Shown: positions 46,183-55,761, numbered from the stretch's first letter. The stretch is DNA of 64,000 nucleotides from Actinomycetes bacterium (GCA_021777475.1 JAJYDM010000001.1:18993-82992), one strand, 5' to 3'. Program-made: numbers and translations. The notes: generated from the sequence alone by a model not told the origin.

Positions 46183-47016
46183 ATGACCGGGGATGAAAAT
46201 ACCTTGGCAGGTGGTTCGCAACCCGAGTCGCTATCGGATGAGGCCATGCGGGCCGAACTCGGACGCAGACTGCGAATGGAAGCGCCATGGGCAATCCAGT
46301 TTCGAGACCCCTCCCAGGAGATCAAGCGTTTGTTCAGTGAACTGTTTGGGACTTTCTTTCTGGTGGTGGTTGCGGCCGGTGCGCCTACCGTCTCCGCGGT
46401 TGGGGCTGGGCAGATTGGCCGCGCCGCAGCCGTCACCGCGCCTGGCCTGATGGTGTTGTCGATAATACTTTTCATGGGTAGAGTTTCCGGTGCACATCTG
46501 AACCCGGTTGTGAGCATCGCGTTCGCGTTGCGGAAGGACTTCCCCTGGAGACGGGTTCCAGGATACATTGTGGTCCAGGCCGCCGGCGCTATCTTGGCCG
46601 GGCTGTTTCTGTATGCGATGTTTGGGAAAGTTGGGCTGTTGGGAGCGACTGTTCCCGGCAAGGGAATCACCGATCTCCAGGCATTCTTTATGGAGACAGT
46701 GCTTACCCTTGGCCTTGTGAGCACAATTCTCGGTACAGCATCCAAGGCACAGAACGTTGGCACCATGTCGGCCGTCGGAGTCGGGTCATATATCGCTTTG
46801 GCCGGTTTATGGGCAAGCCCAATAAGCGGTGCTTCTATGAACCCAGTCCGGTCGCTAGGTCCTGCAGTGGCGCTTGGCGACTTTTCCCACCTTTGGGTTT
46901 ACTTTGCTGGACCACTAGCGGGTGCCTTGATTGCTGTCTTGGTGGCGTTCATCTTGAGAGGGCCTGCTGGTTTTGATTCGGAGGCCCAATTGGCCGCTCA
47001 AGGCAAGATCAAGTAG
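46183..47016 (+). CDS. MIP-family channel (NIP-like aquaporin/aquaglyceroporin) with NPV/NPV motifs
   Basis: SGAHLNPVVSIAF and GASMNPVRSLGPA. Six TM segments. An AGGAGA RBS precedes the ATG at 46183. Confidence 0.88.
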   Translation: MTGDENTLAGGSQPESLSDEAMRAELGRRLRMEAPWAIQFRDPSQEIKRLFSELFGTFFLVVVAAGAPTVSAVGAGQIGRAAAVTAPGLMVLSIILFMGRVSGAHLNPVVSIAFALRKDFPWRRVPGYIVVQAAGAILAGLFLYAMFGKVGLLGATVPGKGITDLQAFFMETVLTLGLVSTILGTASKAQNVGTMSAVGVGSYIALAGLWASPISGASMNPVRSLGPAVALGDFSHLWVYFAGPLAGALIAVLVAFILRGPAGFDSEAQLAAQGKIK

Positions 47017-47046
47017 AGGATGTATTCAAAGTAACAGGCTTTCAGA

Positions 47047-47472
47047 TTGTCGATTGTAGAGGGGGCAGATGTGGCCAAAAAAAAATCCATTCGAAGGGAA
47101 CTTTGGAAGGATACTCCGGAGGAGCATGACTTTCCCGCTGCATTTAGCTACCTTTCGCTAGTTTGTGGAGTCAAGGCCGCGGAGGCGCTGGTCGCTTCAA
47201 TGAGAGAGGCCCCAACCGAAATTCGAAAGGCAAAGGATCTCTTGAGGGCGAGCGGGCTGCCACTGTTGTCAAAGGACGACTTTCATGTGTCTTTGGATCT
47301 GAGAAAAGTGTCGAAGGGAATTCCACTTTCACCGGTTTTGCTTGTCAGAGGGAACATCTCCAAGCAGATCAGCCTTACGGTGGCTGACGGTTACCACAGG
47401 ATATGTGCCAGCTATCAGATCAGCGAAAATGAAGATATTCCCTGTAAGATTGTTGAGCCCAAGTACATCTGA
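47047..47472 (+). CDS. Hypothetical protein with a ParB/sulfiredoxin-like C-terminal motif
   Basis: LSPVLLVRGNISKQISLTVADGYHRICASYQISENEDIPCKIV resembles the ParB-N/Srx fold core (DGxHR). No other motif. Confidence 0.45.
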   Translation: MSIVEGADVAKKKSIRRELWKDTPEEHDFPAAFSYLSLVCGVKAAEALVASMREAPTEIRKAKDLLRASGLPLLSKDDFHVSLDLRKVSKGIPLSPVLLVRGNISKQISLTVADGYHRICASYQISENEDIPCKIVEPKYI

Positions 47473-47613
47473 CTGAAGGTGAGGTCAGAGTCTCGCTGTC
47501 CAGTCGGACCACAAAGGCTGAGACTGGGAACTGCTTTGCCGGTCGCGAAAGTTTGAATGGGGCGCCCAGCCCTTGAGCGTCTGCCAATTCGATGTGGTGG
47601 AATTGGCAAAAAT

Positions 47614-48279
47614 CTATGGCTGCTGGTTCTCGCGGGAAAGCCATTTTTGTCCGCGTGCATAAAGGGCCTGAACTTCTCGACCATCGAGTCCCGGCATGTC
47701 TGTCTTGACCGAGTAACCGAGACGTGACTGAAGATAGGCCAAGTGGCGATATCCAACTGGAAACTTGTTTAGCAGTTTAGGGTCGAGTATTGGCGTTTGC
47801 CCCGGTACGACTGCGCTGAGTCGGTCCATTTCATAGATCGGTTGGCGAAGCGCAAGCTTCCAGTCGCCGTCTGAACGTCTAAGGAAATCATAGAATCTTC
47901 CGGTGCAAATGACATCGCATTGCACTCCTTCAACCGTAGCTCTTTGGGTTATCGTCATCTTTGTCTGTGCAACCGCTCGATCGTCGCAAATGTCGATGGA
48001 GCTTCCTCCCAAGAAGTGAAGAATCCTTACCCCTTTGTTCCAGCCATCGATGCTTGCTTGAATGAACTCCTCGGCCAACCCTTGTTTCCAGGTTGCCATC
48101 ATTATTCCGTCGTCGGCCCACAGCGTTCGAAATTGATCCCATGCCCCGGCGTCACGCCAAACCGCCCAGTTCTCGACGAGTTCTCGAATGCGAAAGCGCT
48201 CACTTATTTGATCGTCCACCACTACGACCTTTCTTGAGTCTGGTTTTTTCGTCAGCTTACCTTGTGGCCCCTTGTTCAA
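47614..48279 (-). CDS. NTF2-like / SnoaL-like fold protein
   Basis: IRELVENWAVWRDAGAWDQFRTLWADDGIMMATW... is typical of SnoaL_4-type NTF2 domains. There is a C-terminal extension of about 80 aa. Confidence 0.65.
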   Translation of the reverse strand: MNKGPQGKLTKKPDSRKVVVVDDQISERFRIRELVENWAVWRDAGAWDQFRTLWADDGIMMATWKQGLAEEFIQASIDGWNKGVRILHFLGGSSIDICDDRAVAQTKMTITQRATVEGVQCDVICTGRFYDFLRRSDGDWKLALRQPIYEMDRLSAVVPGQTPILDPKLLNKFPVGYRHLAYLQSRLGYSVKTDMPGLDGREVQALYARGQKWLSRENQQP

Positions 48280-48388
48280 ATTGTAATCAGCCTTGAATGC
48301 TGGATTGAAATGAGATGGGTTCGAGCTTATTTATTGGACCGTTACCTCTGTCGGCAAAGAGGTTAAACGGATATGATGGGACGAAATT

Positions 48389-48404
48389 TATTGCTTAAGC
48401 AATA
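48389..48404. promoter_or_regulatory. Perfect 16-bp palindrome TATTGCTTAAGCAATA in a divergent promoter region
   Basis: Seen directly. It lies between the NTF2-like gene (-) and the bicupin gene (+), 120 nt upstream of the ATG at 48524. Confidence 0.4.
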
Positions 48405-48523
48405 GGGATTTCGGCCCTACCAAGCACTGCGGCTTTCGCTTCGCCACATGCCCTGGCTTCTATAGTTAAGGCTACCGTTTTGTGTGGGATATCAGATCTG
48501 AGCCGCTTCAGGAGGGTGCTTAT

Positions 48524-49591
48524 ATGACTAACAGTGCCAAGACCTCGACTACTCACTATGAAGTTCAGAAAAAGCGGCGGGCACAGTTCATTGAAGAGTG
48601 GCGAAACAACCGTAGGACTGTGGTTCACGGAGTCGACGTCGAGATTCACGAGACTCCACGACGCATCAGTACTGGCGTTTATTTAGGTAAGGATGGAGAT
48701 AGCCCCATAAGGACCGTTGATGCCGCGGTGCATCAGGTTACTTCAGGTGTGGTATCCACTATCCATCGGCACTCTTGGGATGCAGTGATGCTGTGTGTAG
48801 GGGGTTTTGCATGGACTGAAATCGACGGCAAAAGGATATCGTGGGGGCCTGGTGACAGCCTGTACCTGCCAGCGTGGTCATGGCACCGCCACGGAAATGA
48901 CGGTGATATCTCCGCGAGATACATGAGTTTCTCAAGTGAACCGCTTATAGATGTCCTCGGTTTTGGCATACTTGAAGATGGTGGGGACAGCCCCGTGGCT
49001 GAACTGCCTGGACACCCTGGCTTTGCGGCATCCATGCCTGGAAATGACATTTATGCAAGGAGGATCCGTCGCCTTGCAGCAGATCAAATTGAGCGCTTCA
49101 ATGGCCGGTTGCACACCAGTTGGGATGAGCTCGAGTTCTTGCAGTCCCCAAGGGGTACTCGAACCACCTTTCTGCTTGATCGTGCCGTCGGGTACAGAAC
49201 ATCCGGGTTGACCATGGCGATGTTCGAGATTGGTCCGGGCAGAGCTCAGTCCATGCACCGTCACTCGGGAGAAGCGTGGCTGTATGTGGTCGAAGGCCAA
49301 GGCCACTCTTTTATGGGCCCTGAACCGGATCAGGGTGAAGACTACGAGTGGGGGAAGGGTGATCTCATTGTTGTAGATCACTACTCCTGGCACCAGCATT
49401 TCAACGACGACATGGAAAAGACGGCCAGGGTGGTTCGTGTGCATATTCTCGACACACTGCTTAACACAATGAATGCCCTGTGTTATCCGTTGAATCTGTT
49501 GGAAGAGCCGCCCGACCACATAAGAAGCCAGCAAACCGGCGATCTGAAGACCATTGCCTGGCCAGAGGTAGAAAGACCTAGCTGGCCCTAG
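48524..49591 (+). CDS. Bicupin dioxygenase (gentisate 1,2-dioxygenase / 1-hydroxy-2-naphthoate dioxygenase family)
   Basis: Two cupin modules: HRHSWDAVMLCVGG...WSWHRHGND and MHRHSGEAWLYVVEGQG...YSWHQHFND. An AGGAGG RBS precedes the ATG at 48524. Confidence 0.78.
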   Translation: MTNSAKTSTTHYEVQKKRRAQFIEEWRNNRRTVVHGVDVEIHETPRRISTGVYLGKDGDSPIRTVDAAVHQVTSGVVSTIHRHSWDAVMLCVGGFAWTEIDGKRISWGPGDSLYLPAWSWHRHGNDGDISARYMSFSSEPLIDVLGFGILEDGGDSPVAELPGHPGFAASMPGNDIYARRIRRLAADQIERFNGRLHTSWDELEFLQSPRGTRTTFLLDRAVGYRTSGLTMAMFEIGPGRAQSMHRHSGEAWLYVVEGQGHSFMGPEPDQGEDYEWGKGDLIVVDHYSWHQHFNDDMEKTARVVRVHILDTLLNTMNALCYPLNLLEEPPDHIRSQQTGDLKTIAWPEVERPSWP

Positions 49592-50261
49592 CGTCCGTGG
49601 TCAGATGTGATTTCATCAGGGCAAAGCTGTCTCTTGAGATTTTTTCCCATCCGATTCGCATTTCGCCAGGGAGATAGCATAAAGGGGAAACCAGATCGGG
49701 CCTCCGAGATTCGAAGGTGACATCACAAAGGCAGAAAATGAGTAGCTCTGATGTTGAGTTCATGCCACCAAATTCCCATGGTCTAATTTGGCGTGTGTAA
49801 AAATCGTTCTCGGTGCAATTCTGAGAATGAGACATCAATAGTTAGTGGCGTGTTCGGCCAGAAGTTGGTTTGTTGTTTCCGAGTTGCATGTGTGGTTCTC
49901 CCTCTATGGTGTCTCGGTTCTCTAAGATGCTCCCCGCGGTGGAGCTCGAATATTTCAGTACCACTGCAAGTTTGTAGAGATAATCCGACTCACCACCGTC
50001 GCGCCCGAAAGCGCCACGTACTGGTCCACCAGCGCCATGGCTAGAACTCCCTTGGTATCTCAAAACACTGTGTCACCTATCACGAGGGCCTTGGGCCTTA
50101 TTCCATCTGTCGAAATCCGGGAAAAGTTCCCTAAGCCCTGACCGAAAGGCCGCATACTTCAACCGAAGAGGCTGGTTTGATAATGTGGAGTGGGCCTGTA
50201 AGGTCCAGCGGCAAACCAACTTGGCGGCCGCTGGAAAAGTGTTGTCAATGTTTGCCGCTGA

Positions 50262-51317
50262 CTATCTGAAGCTTTCCTGGAATTTGACGAGCGCGCTGTT
50301 GCCAGGGCAAAGCTTTTCAAGCGGAAGGTTGATCAGTGGCTCATCCACGGTCTGGTTCAAGTCGTGGATGTCAGAAAGTTCGCGGTCTATGTAAAGCAGA
50401 CCTGTGGGAATCTCACCACTGGCTTTCGCCTGATAGATGTAGTTCATAGCGGCATTGCGGTCACGTGGGTCGTAGTGTTCGGGCAGGGTTCGGAACATGA
50501 GCACCGATCCATCATGCATCGTCACGCTGACTTTACTGTCAGCAGGCAGTTCCGCAGTTATCTGAGCGGAGGAACGAAGGAAAACAGAATCAATCTCATT
50601 TAATTCGTGCTCTCTCATGTATTTGTAGCTCTTTGTGGAACCCTGGTGATTGTTGAACTGAATACAGGGAGAGATGACGTCTATGAGAGCAAAGCCATGA
50701 TGCTCAACCGCCGCCTTAAGGATGGGGATGAGCTGCCGTTTGTCTCCCGAAAAACTGCGGGCCACAAAAGATGCACCAAGGCTGAGTGCCAATTCGACGG
50801 GGTCAATTGGAGGAACGTCGTTTGGCACACCACGCTTGGTGGTCGATCCGACGTCGGCTGTTGGCGAGAACTGGCCCTTGGTAAGTCCATATACGCCGTT
50901 GTTCTCGATTATGTAGACCATATTGACATTCTTTCGAATGGCATGCACGAGATGGCCAGTTCCAATTGAGAGCGAGTCTCCGTCTCCGGAAATACCAATA
51001 TAGATGTTGGACCTGTTCGCAGCGTTTGCCCCTGTGACTATGGGTGGCATGCGACCGTGGACGGAGTTGAAGCCGTGGGCCCCTGACACGAAGTAGGTAG
51101 GGGTTTTCGAAGAACACCCGATACCGCTCAGTTTGGCGATCTGCTCCGGAGGTGTGTCGAGTTCGAAGAAAGTCTGGACGATAGCGGCTGTGATGGAGTC
51201 ATGGCCGCAACCTGCACACAGGGTCGACATTGTACCCTCGTAGTCGCGGACGGTAAGTCCCAATGCGTTTGTTGCATGTGGCGCGAGCGGGATCAGCGGT
51301 TTGCGTATAGATGGCAT
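50262..51317 (-). CDS. korB: 2-oxoacid:ferredoxin oxidoreductase beta subunit (TPP-binding; KorB-type)
   Basis: CAGCGHD Fe-S/TPP region and the TPP motif GISGDGDSLSIG...IIENNGVYGLTKGQ. Confidence 0.9.
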   Translation of the reverse strand: MPSIRKPLIPLAPHATNALGLTVRDYEGTMSTLCAGCGHDSITAAIVQTFFELDTPPEQIAKLSGIGCSSKTPTYFVSGAHGFNSVHGRMPPIVTGANAANRSNIYIGISGDGDSLSIGTGHLVHAIRKNVNMVYIIENNGVYGLTKGQFSPTADVGSTTKRGVPNDVPPIDPVELALSLGASFVARSFSGDKRQLIPILKAAVEHHGFALIDVISPCIQFNNHQGSTKSYKYMREHELNEIDSVFLRSSAQITAELPADSKVSVTMHDGSVLMFRTLPEHYDPRDRNAAMNYIYQAKASGEIPTGLLYIDRELSDIHDLNQTVDEPLINLPLEKLCPGNSALVKFQESFR

Positions 51318-51319
51318 GT

Positions 51320-53212
51320 TTAGTCCTTTAGCTCGTTCAAAAGTCCATCAACTACGTCGTCTGCGCAAATCGGGAAACCGCCGTAGGACAGCACAGAACG
51401 GAGTTTTGTCGGCGGTGTTTCGGTTTCCAAAATTAGCAGCGAGCGCAGCTGCGCGTCTCGGTTTTGCTCGACAACCACGGTGAACTCGTGGGTGTCTATG
51501 AAGTGCTTAACTTCGTCGGAGAACGGGAAGCCGCACACCCGCAGGTAGTCGAGAGCAAGGCCGTCACTTTCAAGTCTAACGATGGCCTCTTTTACCGCCA
51601 TTTCGCAGCTGCCGAGTGTGATCACTCCGTGGCGGGCACCATCTTTGAGTTCGATTACCGGTTTTGGAACATAGTTGGCTGCAGCTTTGTGTTTCTTTGC
51701 CAGTCTGTCAACCACTTGTATGTAGCCTTCAGGACTTTCTGTGTATGCACCTAGGCGGTCATGCCCTGAGCCGCGGTTGAAGTATGCACCTTTTACGGAT
51801 ATCCCGGGTAACGTTCGAGGAGTCACGAAATCGGCGTCCTCGTCCGCATACCGGTAGAACTTTGGAATGGTCTTAAGATCTTCGGCGGTAAGGACTCTCC
51901 CCCGATCCCAATTGTAGTTGTCGTCCCACGTAAGATTGGAGACAACCCAATCGTTCATTCCAATGTCAAGGTCAGACAGGACAATTACAGGCGTTTGGAA
52001 ATGCTCTGCCAGGTCAAACGCCTTCACGGTGAAGTGGAAGCACTCTTCTGGGTTGGCAGGGAACAGGAGGATGTGCTTGGTGTCTCCATGGGAGGCGTAA
52101 GCGCACTCCATGATGTCCGCCTGCTGTACCCTGGTTGGCATTCCCGTCGAGGGTCCAGTTCGTTGGACATCTATGATGACCGCCGGTATCTCCGTGTAAT
52201 AGGCGAGACCGAGAATCTCGTTCATCAGGGAGATTCCTGGCCCAGAGGTCGAGGTGAATGCACGCGCTCCTGCCCATGAAGCGCCGACAACCATACCCAA
52301 GGCCGCCAGTTCATCCTCGGCCTGGAGGACTATGAAGTTGCTTCGAGTTTCCGTGGTGCCGTCTTCTAGGGTGATCGTCTCCCGCCGGTAACGTGAGCAC
52401 AGTTTCGTGAAGTTCTCCGCAACTGATGTTGCGGGAGTGATTGGGTACCATGCAGCAACGGTTGCGCCGGCATAAATGCAGCCAAGCGCGGTCGCTGTGT
52501 TGCCGTCGATCAGGATCTTGTCTGCGTTCTTGTCAATGCGCTCCAGGCGGATTGGCAATGGGCAGTTGAAGTTCTCCATTGCGTAGTTGTAGCCGAGTTC
52601 GAGCGCACGGTGGTTTGAGTTGCGAATCCTCTCGTTACCAGAGTATGTCTCGTCCAGTAGTTCTGAGATGACATCGAGATCAAGGGTGATTGCGGCTGCG
52701 ACAGCTCCGGCATAACCAATGTTTCGCATCAGGATCCGCTCCCGCGACTCCGGGAATTCCTCCGCGAAAAGAGTGGAAAACGGCACGCCAAAGAAATTGA
52801 TGTCTTCACGCAGAATTTGGGGAGGGATGAACCAGCTGGAGTCGTAGATCAGGTATCCGCCCGATCTGACGGAAGCAATATCGGTTTCGTAGGTTTGAGT
52901 ATTCATCGCTACCACCAGGTCAAAGGTGTTTGCCCGCGATGTAAATCCGGATCCATTTACCCGTATCTCGTACCACGTAGGCAGGCCCTGGATATTTGAT
53001 GGAAAGAGGTTCTTCCCCGACACGGGAATACCCATGCGAAAGATCGCTTTCAGCAGCAGATTATTTGCGCTCGCGGATCCCGTGCCATTTACGGTGGCAA
53101 AACGGATGGCGAAGTCGTTTGTCTTATCTGGAAGCTTGCTGGACCTGTTCCCAGAACCTTTTGGGCCAGGCTGGCCCAGGTTTGTCACTTGATCGATCTT
53201 TTGAGTCATCAC
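51320..53212 (-). CDS. korA: 2-oxoacid:ferredoxin oxidoreductase alpha subunit (KorA-type)
   Basis: Motifs FATVNGTGSASANNLL (gamma-like domain), WYPITPATS and TSGPGISLM. 630 aa, a two-subunit actinobacterial/Thauera-type architecture. Confidence 0.9.
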   Translation of the reverse strand: MMTQKIDQVTNLGQPGPKGSGNRSSKLPDKTNDFAIRFATVNGTGSASANNLLLKAIFRMGIPVSGKNLFPSNIQGLPTWYEIRVNGSGFTSRANTFDLVVAMNTQTYETDIASVRSGGYLIYDSSWFIPPQILREDINFFGVPFSTLFAEEFPESRERILMRNIGYAGAVAAAITLDLDVISELLDETYSGNERIRNSNHRALELGYNYAMENFNCPLPIRLERIDKNADKILIDGNTATALGCIYAGATVAAWYPITPATSVAENFTKLCSRYRRETITLEDGTTETRSNFIVLQAEDELAALGMVVGASWAGARAFTSTSGPGISLMNEILGLAYYTEIPAVIIDVQRTGPSTGMPTRVQQADIMECAYASHGDTKHILLFPANPEECFHFTVKAFDLAEHFQTPVIVLSDLDIGMNDWVVSNLTWDDNYNWDRGRVLTAEDLKTIPKFYRYADEDADFVTPRTLPGISVKGAYFNRGSGHDRLGAYTESPEGYIQVVDRLAKKHKAAANYVPKPVIELKDGARHGVITLGSCEMAVKEAIVRLESDGLALDYLRVCGFPFSDEVKHFIDTHEFTVVVEQNRDAQLRSLLILETETPPTKLRSVLSYGGFPICADDVVDGLLNELKD

Positions 53213-55035
53213 TTGCCTTTGTTGTTAGAGTTTCCGGCGTAGCTCAGTTGGAGAACAAACTTTTCCATGTTCCAAGCAGCCGTGGGACAGCGCTCAGCAC
53301 ACAGCCCACAGTGAACGCAAATATTCTCATCTTTGATCATGATTCTTCCGGTTTGAGCGAGCTTTGACGAAATGTAGAGTGGTTCGTCAAGGTTCACAGC
53401 AGGAGCGGTTAGAAATCGTCGCAGATCCATCTCGTCGTCACGGTCCTCTGTGATGGTGAGGCACTGGACAGGGCAGATGTCTACACACGCATCGCACTCA
53501 ATGCAGAGTTGAGTGCGAAACACTGGTTCAACGTCGCAGTTCAAACAGCGCTCCACTTCCCGGGCGGTCTGCTCGGCACTGAAACCAAGTTCGACTTCAA
53601 GACTGAGGTCCTCAAATCGCTTGGTCAGGTCAACGTGGGTCATCTGCTGACGTGCCGATGGGTTGTAATCGTTGTGGTAACTCCACTCGATCAAGCCCAT
53701 TTTCTGGCTGACAAGATTCATTCCCACCGGCGGTCGGTCGCTCACCGGTATTCCTTGGCAGTGGTTGTGCATCGATATGGCCGCTTCGTGGCCGTGGGCA
53801 ACGGCCCAGATGATGTTCTTGGGACCGAATGCCGCATCGCCGCCGAAGTAAACGCCTGGCAACGTGGACTCCATCGTGATTTCATCAACCACGGGCATGT
53901 CCCATTTGCCGAACTCGATGCCGCAGTCACGTTCGATCCAAGTGAAGGCGTTTTCCTGCCCAATCGCCAATATGACGTCGTCACAAGGGATCGTGATGGT
54001 TTCGAGCACTTCGGAGTGGGTTGCCCCTTCATCCCATTTGACGATTTCAAATTCCATTGCAACAAGCTGGCCATCCTCGATGACGAAGCGCTTCGGGGAA
54101 TGGTTGACGACGATCTCGATTCCTTCTTCCTCCGCATCCTCCAATTCCCAGGGGGATGCCTTGAAATATTCCCGCGGGCGGCGCGCCATGATCTTTACAT
54201 CTTTGCCACCAAGGCGCCGTGCGGTCCGGCAACAGTCCATTGCAGTATTGCCAACACCTATGACCAGCACGCGTTTGCCAATTTCGGTTGTGTGTTCAAA
54301 TGCAACCGACTGCAGCCAGTCGATTCCAATGTGGATCCGGTCCTCCCCACCGTCTCTGCGGCCTTGAAGTTGGAGGTCCTTGCCCCGAGGCGCGCCACTA
54401 CCAACAAACAGCGCATCATAGCCTTCCTTTAGCAGCTGCTTCATGCTGGTAATCTCGGATCCGTACCTCATCTCGGCTCCCATGCCGACGATAGATTCAA
54501 TTTCTGAGTCGAGAACTTCCTCTGGGAGTCTGAACGATGGGATGTTGGTTCTCATCAATCCGCCTGGTTTTAAGGAACTCTCGAATATCACAACTTCGTA
54601 TCCGAGGGGCAACAGATCATTTGCTACCGTTAGCGATGCTGGACCCGCGCCAACGCAGGCAACTCGCTTTCCATTGGCAACTTCGGGGGCCTTGGGCAGA
54701 CGCTCGCTCACATCGCCTTTGAGGTCTGCCGCCACGCGCTTGAGTCTACAGATGGCGACTGGCGTACCATCTACCCGCTCACGACGGCATGCGGGTTCAC
54801 AAGGCCTGTCACAGGTACGCCCAAGAATTCCTGGGAATACGTTGGAAGCACGGTTGACCATGTAGGCGTCGTCATAGCGACCTTGCGCAATGAGTCTTAT
54901 GTATTCAGGTACGTTGGTATGAGCGGGACAGGCCCACTGGCAATCAACGACGCTATGAAAAAAATCCGGGTTATTGATATCGGTTGGTTTCACGCCCAAC
55001 TGCCTCCAAAGATTAGACCGGCACTCGGACACCAA
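53209..55035 (-). CDS. GltD/NfnB-like NAD(P)H flavoprotein fused to a C-terminal 2x[4Fe-4S] ferredoxin domain
   Basis: N-terminal Fe-S region CPAHTNVPEYI...CDRPCEPAC. Dinucleotide folds VACVGAGPASL and VLVIGVGNTAMDC. C-terminal CIECDACVDICP and CVHCGLCAERCP. The stop overlaps the korA start (ATGA). Confidence 0.85.
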   Translation of the reverse strand: MVSECRSNLWRQLGVKPTDINNPDFFHSVVDCQWACPAHTNVPEYIRLIAQGRYDDAYMVNRASNVFPGILGRTCDRPCEPACRRERVDGTPVAICRLKRVAADLKGDVSERLPKAPEVANGKRVACVGAGPASLTVANDLLPLGYEVVIFESSLKPGGLMRTNIPSFRLPEEVLDSEIESIVGMGAEMRYGSEITSMKQLLKEGYDALFVGSGAPRGKDLQLQGRRDGGEDRIHIGIDWLQSVAFEHTTEIGKRVLVIGVGNTAMDCCRTARRLGGKDVKIMARRPREYFKASPWELEDAEEEGIEIVVNHSPKRFVIEDGQLVAMEFEIVKWDEGATHSEVLETITIPCDDVILAIGQENAFTWIERDCGIEFGKWDMPVVDEITMESTLPGVYFGGDAAFGPKNIIWAVAHGHEAAISMHNHCQGIPVSDRPPVGMNLVSQKMGLIEWSYHNDYNPSARQQMTHVDLTKRFEDLSLEVELGFSAEQTAREVERCLNCDVEPVFRTQLCIECDACVDICPVQCLTITEDRDDEMDLRRFLTAPAVNLDEPLYISSKLAQTGRIMIKDENICVHCGLCAERCPTAAWNMEKFVLQLSYAGNSNNKGK

Positions 55036-55123
55036 ACAGTCACTTTCAATGTTTGGTGAACGGCCCGAGCTATCTGTTATCTATAAATGCGCCATTTTTC
55101 GACTCGGTGGTGTGGCGAAGTCG

Positions 55124-55140
55124 CTTCAATTAAATTGAAG
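55124..55140. promoter_or_regulatory. 17-bp palindrome CTTCAATT-A-AATTGAAG upstream of the gltD-like/korAB operon
   Basis: Seen directly, about 90 nt upstream of the operon start codon (55035, minus strand). Confidence 0.3.
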
Positions 55141-55761
55141 GAGACCCAGAGCCACCGTTAACACTCTACTTCCTGCAGGTATGTTGTTGGAAATTTGCCC
55201 TTTGCTTCACTGTCCTTATCGAGATTGTACGAGATTAATGAAATGCTAACTCAATAATTCCAGCCTGGCGGTGGTATGTCAAAAGCCATGGCAGGATATC
55301 CGCTGAGAGGGGAGAAATTTGGCGCAATTGTGAGCGGGGATAGGGGGTTTCCAAGAATGGCGGAGCCTTAACTGTGAGGTAGTTGGACCGCTGGATCAAC
55401 GACCGGGATTACCAAGAACCAAGGGCGTTTTTTAGTCCTCTCGCAGTGTGTTTACGGTAGCCCTCCACTGTGGAAGACGTGGTCCTCGGCTTCACATAGA
55501 AGTTAAGGGTTCGGCCATCGAAATTCAGCCTCAGACACTTGCTTCGCTGACAACATGGTCCATTCCGATCCTTCGACTGTTCCGCTTGGTCGTCTCTGGG
55601 ATCGTTGGTGAAAGTTGCAGCCACTGTTCGCTGCAGGTGACCAGCTGCCGACGAGGCATGTTTGACAGTTTCAGAGTCGTCTGTGTGGCTCGCCAAACGT
55701 GAAGTTCTGCCCCGGGCCGAAGGGATTTTTTGAGAGGGCTACCCGGTCGGAGTGTTTTGGG

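Noticed and set aside
53509-54432. 307-aa ORF on the plus strand.
   Set aside because: It lies entirely antisense to the well-supported GltD-like/ferredoxin gene. The product has no motifs and a low-complexity R/A/V composition typical of antisense frames in codon-biased genes.
55409-55696. 95-aa minus-strand ORF downstream of the GH76 gene.
   Set aside because: It has a TTG start without an RBS, no motifs, and overlaps an equally long plus-strand frame. The support is insufficient.
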